Part shown: positions 12,283-21,603 of the stretch, piece after piece
Layout of the letters: each line of letters begins with the position of its first letter
How positions within the stretch are numbered: the stretch's first letter is position 1
Assembly: GCA_035718265.1 (NCBI GenBank)
Contig: DASTHJ010000156.1
Span: 1-35,796 of the forward strand
From: Steroidobacteraceae bacterium
GTDB taxonomy: Bacteria > Pseudomonadota > Gammaproteobacteria > Steroidobacterales > Steroidobacteraceae
Length of the DNA stretch: 35,796 nucleotides
Reading direction: 5' to 3'
Position numbers and translations under genes: made by a program
The notes under the pieces: model-generated
Told to the model about the DNA's origin: nothing
Seen by the model: the letters and a program-made list of their open reading frames with translations, nothing else
The model's database searches: none

Positions 12283-12936
12283 TCAGAAGTTGACCATGGC
12301 CATGGCCTGCAGCTTGCCGCCGTCGGTGACGCCGGCTTCCACCCAGGCGCCGCGCTTGAACAGGCGCAAGAGCAGCGCCCATTCCGTGCCCTCGTGGATG
12401 CCGCCGGTGTAGCTGCGACCCTGCACGACGAACCACGTGGCCAGCGTGTCGAAGTCGTGCTTGTAAGGCGCCAGGCCGAGCTGCAGCGTGTCCACGCGAT
12501 GCGCGAACACCGCCGAGTGCTGCAGGTCGGTCTTGAGCGAGGCGTAGATGCGGCGCGTTTCGTAGTCGACCTGAGCGCCGGCATTCCACGTGAACTCGTG
12601 CGAGTTCAGCTCGCTGACATAGGCCTGGCCGGCGCCGCCCCAGACGAACACATTGGCCTGCGCCGCTTCCCGGTTCCAGCGCCGCGCCAGGAAGTTGACG
12701 CGCGCGTAGGTGATTTCGCGGCGCCGATGATCGATGTCGCTCTCGAGCTCGAGATACCCGCCGCCGAGCGACAGGAAGTATTTCGGTGCGTAGAACACCT
12801 GCGCCTCCGTCATCGTGCCCGCGCCGTATTCGGCCATCACCGTCGTTCCATGCGAGAACGCGATGGGCTTGGCCATGGCCTGCCCGACCATGCCCACGAG
12901 CATTGCGCCCGTGAGCGTTCTTCCAACCAGGTTCAT
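12283..12936 (-). CDS. Small outer-membrane beta-barrel protein (family not recognised)
   Basis: Start at MNLVGRTL (12936). Signal peptide ends ...GQAMA|KP. Alternating hydrophobic/aromatic beta-strand pattern and a C-terminal ...AMAMVNF ending in Phe, the classical OMP insertion signal. Confidence 0.55.
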   Translation of the reverse strand: MNLVGRTLTGAMLVGMVGQAMAKPIAFSHGTTVMAEYGAGTMTEAQVFYAPKYFLSLGGGYLELESDIDHRRREITYARVNFLARRWNREAAQANVFVWGGAGQAYVSELNSHEFTWNAGAQVDYETRRIYASLKTDLQHSAVFAHRVDTLQLGLAPYKHDFDTLATWFVVQGRSYTGGIHEGTEWALLLRLFKRGAWVEAGVTDGGKLQAMAMVNF

Positions 12937-12999
12937 GGGAACCCTCCAAAGACTGGATCCGTATGCGCGGCGCGCTGGCGCCACGTCCTCGAGACCTGG

Positions 13000-13314
13000 T
13001 CAGGCGATCGGTGGAGGATTCAGCGGCGGGTCGAAACGGGTGTCGAACGAAGAATCGGGATCGACGAATTCCGGGTGCGAGGTCGCGAGGATTCTCATGG
13101 GCGAAGCCGAAGGCATGATGGCGCTCGCCAACGTGCAACCGACCAGGCAGTCGGTCATCGAGCTCACGTCCCCTGCCGGGCAGCAGGGACAGCCGGATTC
13201 CTGGCCGGACATTCCGTGGCCGGCCGCCGCCTGCGCGAGGCCGACTGCTGGTATCGCCAGCAGCAGCTGCATCGCGATCAGCAGAGGCACCAGGATGGGC
13301 GCGATTCGCCGCAT
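13000..13314 (-). CDS. Small exported Cys-rich protein (HGM...CPCCP...C...C), putative thiophilic-metal binding
   Basis: 104 aa from MRRIAPILVPLLIAMQLLLAIPAVGLAQA (signal peptide or anchor). The mature part carries H, M and five Cys within 30 residues (GHGMSGQESGCPCCPAGDVSSMTDCLVGC). GC3-rich codons. No family recognised with certainty. Confidence 0.45.
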   Translation of the reverse strand: MRRIAPILVPLLIAMQLLLAIPAVGLAQAAAGHGMSGQESGCPCCPAGDVSSMTDCLVGCTLASAIMPSASPMRILATSHPEFVDPDSSFDTRFDPPLNPPPIA

Positions 13315-13429
13315 GGCCCGAAGCGTAGGCCCGGACGCACGCCGGCGCCAGCGAATCTGCAAAAAACGCGCGGTGCCTCGCAGAGGAATGGTGCTCATCG
13401 TCGACAGGCAGACCGGGCGGACCCGCCCT

Positions 13430-13744
13430 TTATTGCTTCAGCCCGGCGCGGATCGAATCCAGCGAACGCTGTGTGCGCGTGATGCCCTTGACCTCGAAGC
13501 CCGCTGCGGTGATCGCCCTGGTGAGCTCGGCATCGGCGATGTCCTCGCCGTCTCGCGTCCTCACCGCGACCACCTTCTTTTCCAGGTCCACGATCACGTC
13601 CGCGGTCGCCGGATTGCTGCGCAGGCGCTTCTCGATGCCCTGCGCGCACAACTCGCAGACCATGCCGTTGACGTTCATTTCGATGGTGTCGGCGAAGGCC
13701 GTGCCGCCGGTCGCCGCCAGTAGGAACAGGATGATTTTCTTCAT
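13430..13744 (-). CDS. Periplasmic heavy-metal-associated (HMA) domain protein, MerP/CopZ-like (paralog 2)
   Basis: 104 aa with signal peptide MKKIILFLLAATGGTAFA and metal loop GMVCELCAQGIEK. About 70 percent identical by eye over the mature region to the protein at 11936-12268, including the tail GITRTQRS.D.IRA.LKQ. Confidence 0.8.
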   Translation of the reverse strand: MKKIILFLLAATGGTAFADTIEMNVNGMVCELCAQGIEKRLRSNPATADVIVDLEKKVVAVRTRDGEDIADAELTRAITAAGFEVKGITRTQRSLDSIRAGLKQ

Positions 13745-13808
13745 ATGAGGACGGACGCAATGCCGGCCCGCTTGCGGCCATGCCCCGTGTAGGTGGATAG
13801 GCCGACCT

Positions 13809-13830
13809 GCGCACGCCGGATTGCGTGCGC
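13809..13830. promoter_or_regulatory. Perfect 8-6-8 inverted repeat (GCGCACGC-CGGATT-GCGTGCGC) in the divergent intergenic region; candidate operator
   Basis: Read directly. It lies between the metal-module operon (minus strand, ATG 13744) and the DUF2165-like gene (plus strand, ATG 13871). It overlaps a possible -35 TTGCGT (13821-13826). Confidence 0.3.
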
Positions 13831-13850
13831 CTGCGGGAAACCACTAATTT
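13821..13850 (+). promoter_or_regulatory. Candidate sigma-70 promoter for the DUF2165-like gene
   Basis: -35 TTGCGT (13821-13826), an 18-nt spacer and -10 TAATTT (13845-13850), followed by AGGAGG (13859-13864) and the ATG at 13871. Pattern match only. Confidence 0.3.
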
Positions 13851-13870
13851 TTCGCGCCAGGAGGTGAGCC

Positions 13871-14371
13871 ATGGGCGCCATGTCGGTCGCATCGTCGCTG
13901 GGACTGGTCGAATTCCTCGTGCTGGGCGGCTTGGCGTTCTGGATGACGCTGGCCGTCGTCAACAACGTGATCGGCTTTCGTGGTGCGGTGATCGCGATCG
14001 GGCACCTCATGAACATGGAGTCTCTGCGCCAGCCGCCGACCGGCGAGAGCCCGTTGCTGTCGCGCGCGGTGGGCGGCGCCGGCTGGCATCGCTTCGTCAT
14101 GGCGCTGACGCTGCTGTTCGAGATCGTCAGCGGGTTGCTGCTGTGGTGGGCGACGCTGATGATCGCCGGGAACACCTGGGGCAAGGTCGATCGCGCGGAA
14201 GCCCTGGTGGTGGTGAACCTGGCGCTGGCTGCGCTGATCGCGCTGCTGTTCTTCTTCCTGCTCGGCGGCACCTGGTTCGTGTACTACGTCAAGCAGGAGA
14301 GCCTGCAGATCAGCCACGTGGCGATGATCGCGCTCGCGATCGGCGCCGTGATCCTCTGCAATGCGGTCTAG
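13871..14371 (+). CDS. Small integral membrane protein, DUF2165-like
   Basis: 166 aa with four hydrophobic segments. AGGAGG lies at 13859-13864, upstream of the ATG at 13871. The DUF2165 assignment is from memory of the size and topology of that family only. Confidence 0.6.
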   Translation: MGAMSVASSLGLVEFLVLGGLAFWMTLAVVNNVIGFRGAVIAIGHLMNMESLRQPPTGESPLLSRAVGGAGWHRFVMALTLLFEIVSGLLLWWATLMIAGNTWGKVDRAEALVVVNLALAALIALLFFFLLGGTWFVYYVKQESLQISHVAMIALAIGAVILCNAV

Positions 14372-15381
14372 ACCAGTCCCTTGGCGCGCAGCTCTTCCTT
14401 GAAATACGCGTAGAAGATCGGCGCGGCGACCAGGCCGGGGATGCCGAAGGCCGCTTCCATCGCCAGCATCGCGATCAGCAGCTCCCAGGCGCGCGCGTTG
14501 ATGTGCGAGCCGATGATGCGCGCGTTGAGGAAGTACTCGAGCTTGTGGATGCCGATCAGGTAGACCAGCGAGGCGAGGGCCACTGGCACGCCCTGGCTGA
14601 GGCACACCACGACGATCGCAGTGTTGGAGATCAGGTTGCCGACGATGGGCAGCAGGCCGACCACGAAGGTGAGCGCCACCAGCGTCTTGACCAGCGGCAG
14701 GTCCACGCCGAACAGCCGCAGCACCACGTCGAGATACAGCCAGGTGAAGCCGGTGTTGATCAGCGAGATCCAGAACTGCGCGAACACCACGCGCTGGAAC
14801 GAGGTCGCCATGCGCGCGGCGTGGCGCGAGATCTCCTCGGTGAGCGGCCGGCGCTCGTGCGGGCTGGTGGCCTTCTGCATCGACAGCAGCGCGCCGATGA
14901 TCATGCCCATGAGCACGTGCACCAGCGTGCGGCCGACGCCGCGCCCGGCGAGCTGCAGTGAATCCGAATTCGAGCGCAGCCACTCCGCGATCGTGCGCTG
15001 CAGGGAGTCCGCGTTGTCCGGCACGTAGGCGCGCAGGCCCGCGGGCAGGATGGCGCGCGCGTCCTCGATGATCTGCGCCATCTTCTGCATGAGCAGCGGC
15101 ACGCTCTCGCCGCTGTGGCGCATCAGCGCCACCAGCCCGATGCCGAGCCCGACGAGCGCGGCGATGACGGCGCCGGCGATCAGCGTGACCGCCAGCACGC
15201 GCGGCCCGTCGCGCCCCAGCGCGCGCAGCCGCAGCCACGGCGTCAGCACGTCGACCAGCTTGAAGACCAGCAGCCCCGCGAGCAGCGAGGACAGCAGTTT
15301 CAGCTTGATGACCAGGATCAGCGCGGCCGCGGCGATCAGCCACGCCGCGATGTCACCGCGTGAAACGGGCCGGTCGTTCAA
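14368..15381 (-). CDS. AI-2E family transporter (PerM/UPF0118 permease)
   Basis: Multi-TM protein with the C-terminal motif LPIVGNLISNTAIVVV...IGIHKLEYFLNARIIG...LIAMLAMEAAFGIPGLVAAPIFYAY typical of AI-2E. No in-frame ATG lies near the first TM. The proposed TTG start (15381-15379) overlaps the aminotransferase stop (TTGA). The start is uncertain. Confidence 0.75.
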   Translation of the reverse strand: MNDRPVSRGDIAAWLIAAAALILVIKLKLLSSLLAGLLVFKLVDVLTPWLRLRALGRDGPRVLAVTLIAGAVIAALVGLGIGLVALMRHSGESVPLLMQKMAQIIEDARAILPAGLRAYVPDNADSLQRTIAEWLRSNSDSLQLAGRGVGRTLVHVLMGMIIGALLSMQKATSPHERRPLTEEISRHAARMATSFQRVVFAQFWISLINTGFTWLYLDVVLRLFGVDLPLVKTLVALTFVVGLLPIVGNLISNTAIVVVCLSQGVPVALASLVYLIGIHKLEYFLNARIIGSHINARAWELLIAMLAMEAAFGIPGLVAAPIFYAYFKEELRAKGLV

Positions 15382-16583
15382 GCAGTCTTCTTGACCGGAC
15401 CGGCTTCGAGCACCTTCTTCAGGCGCTCGATGCTCTTCTCGAGCACGGCCATGCTGGTGGCGAACGAGGCGCGGAAGTGGCCGGGCGCGCCGAATCCTGA
15501 TCCCGGCACGACCGCGACGCCGGCCTCGTTGATCAGCATCTCGGCGAACGCGTTGTCGTCCTTGCAGCCGAAGGTCAGCATCGCCGCCGAGCAATCCGCC
15601 CAGGCATAGAACGCGCCGCTCGCGGGCAGCGAGACGATGCCGGGCAGCGAGTTCAGCGCCTTCACGAAGTAGTCGTGGCGCTTCTTGAACTCGGCGTTCA
15701 TCTCGACGACGCACTGCTGGTCGCCGTTCAGCGCCGCCACCGCCGCCTTCTGCGTGATCGAGGAGGCGTTGCTGGTGCTCTGGCCCTGCAGCGTCGACAT
15801 GGCGTTGATGATCTCCTTCGGGCCGCCGCAGTAGCCCAGGCGCCAGCCGGTCATCGCATACGCCTTCGAGACGCCGTTGATGGTCACGGTGCGGTCGTAG
15901 AGCTCAGGAGCCACGGTGAGCAGCGAGCAGAACGGCTCGCTGCCCCACCAGATCTTCTCGTACATGTCGTCGGTGCCGATCAGCACGCGCGGGTGCTTGA
16001 GCAGCACGTCGGCGAGCGCGCGCCACTCGGCGCGCGTGTAGGCCGCGCCCGTCGGGTTGCAGGGCGAGTTGATCAGCAGCAGCTTGGTCTTGGGCGTGAT
16101 CGCCGCTTCGAGCTGGCGCGGCGTGAGCTTGTAGCCGGCGCTCGCCGGGCAGTTCGGCGTGACCGGCAGGCCGTCGGCGAGCAGCACCATGTCCGGGTAG
16201 CTGACCCAGTACGGCGCCGGGATCACCACTTCATCGCCCGGATCGAGCACGGCCATGCAGAGGTTGTAGATAGTCTGCTTGGCTCCGGAGCTGACGAGAA
16301 TCTGGTTGCGCTCGTAGCTGATCTGGTTGTCGCGCTTGAACTTCTCGATGATGGCGTCCTTGAGCTCGACGATGCCGTCGACGTTCGTGTAACGCGTGAA
16401 GCCCTTGTTGATCGCGTCGATGCCTGCCTGCGCGATGTGCTTCGGGGTGTCGAAATCCGGCTCGCCGGCGCCGAGGCCGATGATGTCCTTGCCCTCCGCC
16501 TTCAGTTTCGCGGCGCGCGCGGTGACGGCGAGAGTGGGCGAAGGCTTGACGCGCTGGACGCGTCGGCTGAGCGGGTTGGGCAC
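15378..16583 (-). CDS. Pyridoxal-phosphate-dependent class I aminotransferase (aspartate/aromatic type)
   Basis: Reads LSRRVQRVKPSPTLAV..AKLKAEGKDIIGLGAGEPDFDTP, NSPCNPTGA, and SKAYAMTGWRLGY (PLP lysine). The GTG start at 16583 gives 401 aa, typical for the family. The ORF-track ATG at 16658 adds 25 basic residues. Confidence 0.9.
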   Translation of the reverse strand: MPNPLSRRVQRVKPSPTLAVTARAAKLKAEGKDIIGLGAGEPDFDTPKHIAQAGIDAINKGFTRYTNVDGIVELKDAIIEKFKRDNQISYERNQILVSSGAKQTIYNLCMAVLDPGDEVVIPAPYWVSYPDMVLLADGLPVTPNCPASAGYKLTPRQLEAAITPKTKLLLINSPCNPTGAAYTRAEWRALADVLLKHPRVLIGTDDMYEKIWWGSEPFCSLLTVAPELYDRTVTINGVSKAYAMTGWRLGYCGGPKEIINAMSTLQGQSTSNASSITQKAAVAALNGDQQCVVEMNAEFKKRHDYFVKALNSLPGIVSLPASGAFYAWADCSAAMLTFGCKDDNAFAEMLINEAGVAVVPGSGFGAPGHFRASFATSMAVLEKSIERLKKVLEAGPVKKTA

Positions 16584-16797
16584 GGCTATGGACTCTTGTT
16601 GATGTGTGGGTGGGTTCGAACGGGCGCGTATCTTACTTGATCTGCTCGCCCGGGCCACAGGCCAGATGCGCCAATAAATCCAGGAATTTCAATGGGCTGC
16701 ACTGGTTCGCGGCGGCCGCCCGAACGGTACTGCGGTCGGCGGCCGGTCGGCTATGCTCGCCGATCGCGAACGCTGCGCAGCGGGGGGACTGATACCG

Positions 16798-17565
16798 ATG
16801 ACTCGACGATTCTTTTGTGTTGCCGTTGGCCTGGCGGGATTCGCCATGAGCCACGCCCATGGCGAAACGCTGGCGCCCGCCAGCACCGCGGGCCTCGACA
16901 TCGTGCTCACCATCGAGCACACCGAGTCCTCGTTGCCCGGGGGTTATCCGACCATGGGCGCCGTGCGCCAGACGTATGCGGCCGACGGCAGCTACACGTA
17001 TTCCGGATTCGGCGGGCCGAACCATTTCACGGACCGCGGCACCTTCGTCTATGCACGCACCGGCGACGCGACCGCCAAAGAGGACGCCATGCAGACGCTC
17101 GGCGACCGCACCCTGCCGTATCACATGGAATACGTGTTCGCGACGCCGACCAGCGGGCGCTGGAAGCAGGACTTCGCGGGCGGCATCGTCGTGTTCCAGG
17201 GAAGTTTCGCGCTCAGCCGCGCGGATGAGCGCGAGCCGTGGGCGCCGGAGACGCTGGCCGGCGCCACGGTCACGCTCATGGAATGCGACCGCCCGCAGCC
17301 TTGCCGCCTCGAGACCGTCCAGCACGGCGACGACACCTGGATGGCGTCCGTCGCCGGCCGGCAGGGCCGCCGCAGCGGCACCTGGCGTGCGAAGCGGTTG
17401 TCGGCGCGCAGTCTCGTGGAGGAGGCGACGCGCGCCGACGGCGCGCTGGTCGTGCGCAGTTTCACCTTCACGCATCGCGCGGGCGGTGTCTGGAAGGCCA
17501 CGGACGCCTCCGATGGCTCGCGACATGAAGGATGGTTCCGGCTTTCGCGCGACGTGCCCCGCTGA
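16798..17565 (+). CDS. Secreted hypothetical protein
   Basis: 255 aa from [22 protein letters not shown] (signal peptide). Balanced, non-repetitive composition unlike the antisense artefacts. Ends 26 nt before uvrB. No family recognised. Confidence 0.55.
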   Translation: MTRRFFCVAVGLAGFAMSHAHGETLAPASTAGLDIVLTIEHTESSLPGGYPTMGAVRQTYAADGSYTYSGFGGPNHFTDRGTFVYARTGDATAKEDAMQTLGDRTLPYHMEYVFATPTSGRWKQDFAGGIVVFQGSFALSRADEREPWAPETLAGATVTLMECDRPQPCRLETVQHGDDTWMASVAGRQGRRSGTWRAKRLSARSLVEEATRADGALVVRSFTFTHRAGGVWKATDASDGSRHEGWFRLSRDVPR

Positions 17566-17591
17566 GCCCACCGATCAACGATACTTGCCGC

Positions 17592-19655
17592 ATGGAATCC
17601 AGACCCTTCATCCTCAAAGCCGACTACGAGCCCTCGGGCGATCAGCCGCAGGCCATCGCGCGGCTGGTGGAAGGCCTCCGCGACGGCTTCAGGCACCAGA
17701 CGCTGCTCGGCACCACCGGCTCGGGCAAGACCTTCTCCGTGGCCTCCGTGATCCAGCAAGTGCAGCGTCCCACGCTGGTCCTGGCGCACAACAAGACGTT
17801 GGCCGCGCAGCTGTACGGCGAGTTCAAGGAGTTCTTTCCCGACAACGCGGTGGAGTACTTCGTCTCGTACTACGACTACTACCAGCCGGAGGCCTACGTG
17901 CCTTCGAGCGACACCTACATCGAGAAGGACGCGTCGATCAACGAGCACATCGAGCAGATGCGCCTGTCGGCCACCAAGGCGCTGCTCGAACGCAGCGACT
18001 CGATCATCGTCGCCACGGTGTCGGCGATCTACGGCCTCGGCGACCCGGAGTCGTACCACCAGATGATCCTGCACCTGAACCGCGGCGAGATCATGGACCA
18101 GCGGCGGTTGCTGCGGCGCCTGGCGGACATGCAGTACACGCGCAACGAGCTCGACCTGCAGGCGGGCACGTACCGCGTGCGCGGCGACGTGATCGACGTG
18201 TTCCCGGCCGAGTCGGCGCGCGAAGCGGTGCGCATCGAGCTGTTCGACGACACCGTGGACTCGATCGCGCTGTTCGACCCGCTGACCGGCGAGGTGCTGC
18301 GCAAGGTGCCGCGCTACACCGTGTATCCCGGCTCGCACTACGTGACGCCCAAGGAGCGGCTGATCGGCGCCATCGACCACATCCGCGAGGAACTGCGCGA
18401 CCGACTCAAGGTGCTGCGCGAGCAGAACAAGCTGGTCGAGGCGCAGCGGCTCGAGCAGCGCACGCTGTTCGACATGGAGATGATGAAGGAAGTCGGCTAC
18501 TGCGCCGGCATCGAGAACTACTCGCGCTACCTGTCGGGGCGGCAGGCCGGCGAGCCGCCGCCTTGCCTGTTCGACTACCTGCCGGGCAACGCGCTGCTGA
18601 TCATCGACGAGTCGCACCAGACCATCCCGCAGCTCGGCGCCATGTACCGCGGCGACCGCTCGCGCAAGGAGACGCTGGTCGAGTACGGCTTCCGGCTGCC
18701 GAGCGCGCTCGACAACCGGCCGCTGAAGTTCGAGGAGTGGGAGCAGCTCGCGCCGCAGATGATCTTCGTCAGCGCCACGCCCGGGCAGTACGAGGCGCGG
18801 CACGCGGCGCAGACCGTCGAACAGCTGCTGCGGCCCACGCACCTGGTGGATCCCGAGGTGGAAGTGCGGCCCGTGGCCACGCAGGTGGACGACGTGCTCT
18901 CGGAGATCAACCTGCGCGTGGCGAACGACGAGCGCGTGCTGATCACCACGCTCACCAAGCGCATGGCCGAGGACCTCACCGAGTACCTGCACGAGCACGG
19001 CGTCAAGGTGCGCTATCTGCACTCGGACGTCGAGACCGTGGAGCGCGTCGAGATCATCCGCGACTTGAGGCTCGGCAAGTTCGACGTGATCGTCGGCATC
19101 AACCTGCTGCGCGAAGGACTCGACATGCCCGAGGTGTCGCTGGTGGCCATCCTCGATGCGGACAAGGAAGGCTTCCTGCGCAGCGACAACTCGCTGATCC
19201 AGACCATCGGCCGCGCGGCGCGCAACGTGAATGGCAAGGCCATCCTGTACGCCGACACCATCACCGGATCGATGAAGCGCGCGATGGAGGAGACCCAGCG
19301 CCGGCGCGACATCCAGCTCGCCTACAACCAGAAGCACGGCATCACGCCGCAGACCATCCGCAAGAACGTGCGCGACATCATGGAAGGGGCGCGCGCCGAC
19401 ACCACCGACTTCGGCTACAAGATGGGCCGCCGCAAGCGCGGCGCCGAGGAGGCCGCGCCGAACCTCGCGCTGCTCAAGCCCGAGCAGATCGTGCGCGAGA
19501 TCAAGCGCATGGAGGCCGAGATGTACAAGCGCGCGCGCAACCTCGAGTTCGAGGAGGCCGCCCGGCTGCGCGACGCCATCGAGAAGATGAAGCAGATGGA
19601 GCTGGGGCTGGCGGTGTCAGGCGGGGAAAGCCCGGGCAAGGCGCGCGCCGGATGA
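17592..19655 (+). CDS. uvrB: Excinuclease ABC subunit B
   Basis: 687 aa. Reads [19 protein letters not shown]......[33 protein letters not shown], the helicase motifs, and the C-terminal UVR motif [11 protein letters not shown]. Confidence 0.97.
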   Translation: MESRPFILKADYEPSGDQPQAIARLVEGLRDGFRHQTLLGTTGSGKTFSVASVIQQVQRPTLVLAHNKTLAAQLYGEFKEFFPDNAVEYFVSYYDYYQPEAYVPSSDTYIEKDASINEHIEQMRLSATKALLERSDSIIVATVSAIYGLGDPESYHQMILHLNRGEIMDQRRLLRRLADMQYTRNELDLQAGTYRVRGDVIDVFPAESAREAVRIELFDDTVDSIALFDPLTGEVLRKVPRYTVYPGSHYVTPKERLIGAIDHIREELRDRLKVLREQNKLVEAQRLEQRTLFDMEMMKEVGYCAGIENYSRYLSGRQAGEPPPCLFDYLPGNALLIIDESHQTIPQLGAMYRGDRSRKETLVEYGFRLPSALDNRPLKFEEWEQLAPQMIFVSATPGQYEARHAAQTVEQLLRPTHLVDPEVEVRPVATQVDDVLSEINLRVANDERVLITTLTKRMAEDLTEYLHEHGVKVRYLHSDVETVERVEIIRDLRLGKFDVIVGINLLREGLDMPEVSLVAILDADKEGFLRSDNSLIQTIGRAARNVNGKAILYADTITGSMKRAMEETQRRRDIQLAYNQKHGITPQTIRKNVRDIMEGARADTTDFGYKMGRRKRGAEEAAPNLALLKPEQIVREIKRMEAEMYKRARNLEFEEAARLRDAIEKMKQMELGLAVSGGESPGKARAG

Positions 19656-20668
19656 GCTCGCTGCCCGCGGACATCGGGCTGCCGATGCGCGCGCGCTGGC
19701 AGCGCGAGCTGGCCGACGCCATCACCGATCCGGCCGAGCTGCTCGAGGTGCTGGACCTGCCCGGCCACCTGCGCGAGCCGGCGGAGCGCTCCGCGCGCAC
19801 ATTTGGACTGCGCGTGCCGCGCAGCTTCGTGGCGCGCATGCGGCGCGGCGATGCAGCCGATCCGCTGCTGCGCCAGGTGCTGCCGCTCGGGGCGGAGCTC
19901 GTCGAAACTCCTGGCTACATTGCCGATCCGTTGGAAGAGCACGCGGCGCGCCGTGCGCCGCAGCTGCTGCAGAAGTACGCGGGCCGCGCGCTGCTGGTCA
20001 CCACCGAGGCCTGCGCGGTGCATTGCCGCTACTGCTTCCGTCGCGAGTACCCGTACAGCGAGAACTCGCAGGAGGGCGGCGCCCGCTGGAGCGCGGCGCT
20101 GGCCGCCATCGCCGCCGATGCAAGCCTGGAAGAAATCATCCTGAGCGGCGGCGATCCGCTGTCGCTGAGCGATGCGCGCCTGGCGCAGCTCACCGATGCG
20201 CTGGCGCGCATGCCGCACGTGAAGCGGCTGCGGATACACACGCGCCAACCGGTGGTGCTGCCGTCGCGTGTCGATCAAGGCCTGCTCGCCTGGCTGCGCG
20301 GGATTCGCCTGCCCGTGGTCGTCGTGCTGCACGTCAATCATCCGCACGAGATCGACGGCGACGTGCGTGCGGCGTGCGCGGCGCTGCGCTCGACCGGCGT
20401 GACGCTGCTCAACCAGTCGGTGCTGCTGCGGGGTGTCAACGACGACGTCGAGACATTGCGCCGTCTGTCCGCAGCGCTGATCGATGCGGGCGTGCTGCCT
20501 TACTACCTGCACCTGCCGGATCGCGTGCGCGGCACGGCGCACTTCGACGTCCCGGAGGAAGTGGCGCGCGCGCTGGTCGACGAGCTCACGCGGCGCCTTT
20601 CGGGTTATCTCGTGCCCAGGCTGGTGCGGGAGATTCCCGGCGAGGCGTCGAAGGTCGCGGTGAACTGA
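19652..20668 (+). CDS. epmB: EF-P beta-lysylation protein EpmB (lysine 2,3-aminomutase-like radical SAM enzyme)
   Basis: 338 aa. Radical-SAM cluster motif [15 protein letters not shown], then ILSGGDPL and [13 protein letters not shown] typical of KamA/YjeK. The ATG (19652) overlaps the uvrB TGA (ATGA). Confidence 0.88.
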   Translation: MSSLPADIGLPMRARWQRELADAITDPAELLEVLDLPGHLREPAERSARTFGLRVPRSFVARMRRGDAADPLLRQVLPLGAELVETPGYIADPLEEHAARRAPQLLQKYAGRALLVTTEACAVHCRYCFRREYPYSENSQEGGARWSAALAAIAADASLEEIILSGGDPLSLSDARLAQLTDALARMPHVKRLRIHTRQPVVLPSRVDQGLLAWLRGIRLPVVVVLHVNHPHEIDGDVRAACAALRSTGVTLLNQSVLLRGVNDDVETLRRLSAALIDAGVLPYYLHLPDRVRGTAHFDVPEEVARALVDELTRRLSGYLVPRLVREIPGEASKVAVN

Positions 20669-20705
20669 TCCCCACCCAGGTGCCCGGCACCCATCCCCAC
20701 CCCGA

Positions 20706-21533
20706 CTACTTGGTGGACTGGTCTTTGGGTAGTCCCAGCTTCTTGTAGAGATCGCGCCGCGCGTTCTTGTCGCCGTCGATGACCTTGTGCGCGTAGGCGG
20801 CGACTTCGAGCGCGACCGCGCGCGGCACCACGATGACGCCGTCGCCGTCGGCGACCACCACGTCGCCCGGCATCACCAGTACGCCCCCGAGCACGATCGG
20901 CCGGTTCACCGACTCCACTTCATTGCGCCCGGGGCGGATGCCGCGGCCCACCTGCTTGAGATACAGCGGCACCTTCTCGGCGATGATCTCGTCCGTGTCG
21001 CGGCAGGTGTTGCTGGTGATGACGCCCACCGCGCCGTGCAGCTTCCAGTTCATGATGTTGTTGGAGCCGATCGAGCCGACGTCGGTCTCGGGCGCCTCCT
21101 CGATCACGACCACGCTGCCTTCGCGCAGCAGCGGCACGAACGGTTCGGGCGAGCGCTGGTTGTAGAAGTCGCCCACCCACTGGTCGAACTCGGCCTCGGA
21201 ACGGCGTCCGGCCGGCGGCTGCTGCGTCGGCACGTAACGCACGGTCACCGCGATGCCGATGATGCGATGCGAGTAGTTGGTCGTGTCCTTCCACAGCGGG
21301 TGGATTTCCGGATTCACCAGCCCGATGTCCTGCAGCCCGACGAAGTCCATGCCGTCGGAGACGTCGGCGACGCGCAGGCCCTCGAAGGCCTTCAGCACTT
21401 TGCGGTCGTCTTCGAGCGAGTACACCTTGACGGGCATCAGCGTGGCGCCGCCACGCAGGGCCGCGGCGTCGTCGGCGGCGAACGTGGAGACGGTGGCGCC
21501 GAGCGCGAGCGCGGCGATCGCGATGGAACGCAT
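20706..21533 (-). CDS. RraA/HMG-aldolase-family protein with N-terminal signal peptide
   Basis: Start at MRSIAIAALALGATVSTFA|AD (21533). The C-terminal two thirds match the RraA-like pattern: VVVIEEAP..DVGSIGSNNIMNWKLHGAVGVITSNTCRDTDEI....PLY......RPGR......N.PIVLGGVLVMPGDVVVADGDGVIVVP. Confidence 0.75.
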   Translation of the reverse strand: MRSIAIAALALGATVSTFAADDAAALRGGATLMPVKVYSLEDDRKVLKAFEGLRVADVSDGMDFVGLQDIGLVNPEIHPLWKDTTNYSHRIIGIAVTVRYVPTQQPPAGRRSEAEFDQWVGDFYNQRSPEPFVPLLREGSVVVIEEAPETDVGSIGSNNIMNWKLHGAVGVITSNTCRDTDEIIAEKVPLYLKQVGRGIRPGRNEVESVNRPIVLGGVLVMPGDVVVADGDGVIVVPRAVALEVAAYAHKVIDGDKNARRDLYKKLGLPKDQSTK

Positions 21534-21603
21534 GTGCAACCCCCTGTGTGTGCGCCCGAAGATAGTCGTCGGCGCGCCGAGCGACAAGCTGCGCCCTGCC
21601 AGA

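Noticed and set aside
13844-15343. 499-aa minus-strand ORF
   Set aside because: It overlaps the DUF2165-like gene in antisense and the AI-2E transporter in another frame. Its Arg/Ala/Gly/Pro/His-rich composition is implausible for a real protein.
17121-19337. 738-aa ORF on the minus strand
   Set aside because: It is antisense to uvrB, whose identity is unambiguous. Its composition is dominated by R, A, L, V, D and H repeats, with no domain signatures.
16859-19651. N-terminal 931 codons of the 1269-aa plus-strand ORF 16859-20668
   Set aside because: Only the last 338 codons (from ATG 19652) look like a real protein (EpmB). The upstream part overlaps the secreted hypothetical and uvrB in another frame and is extremely Arg/Ala/Pro-rich.
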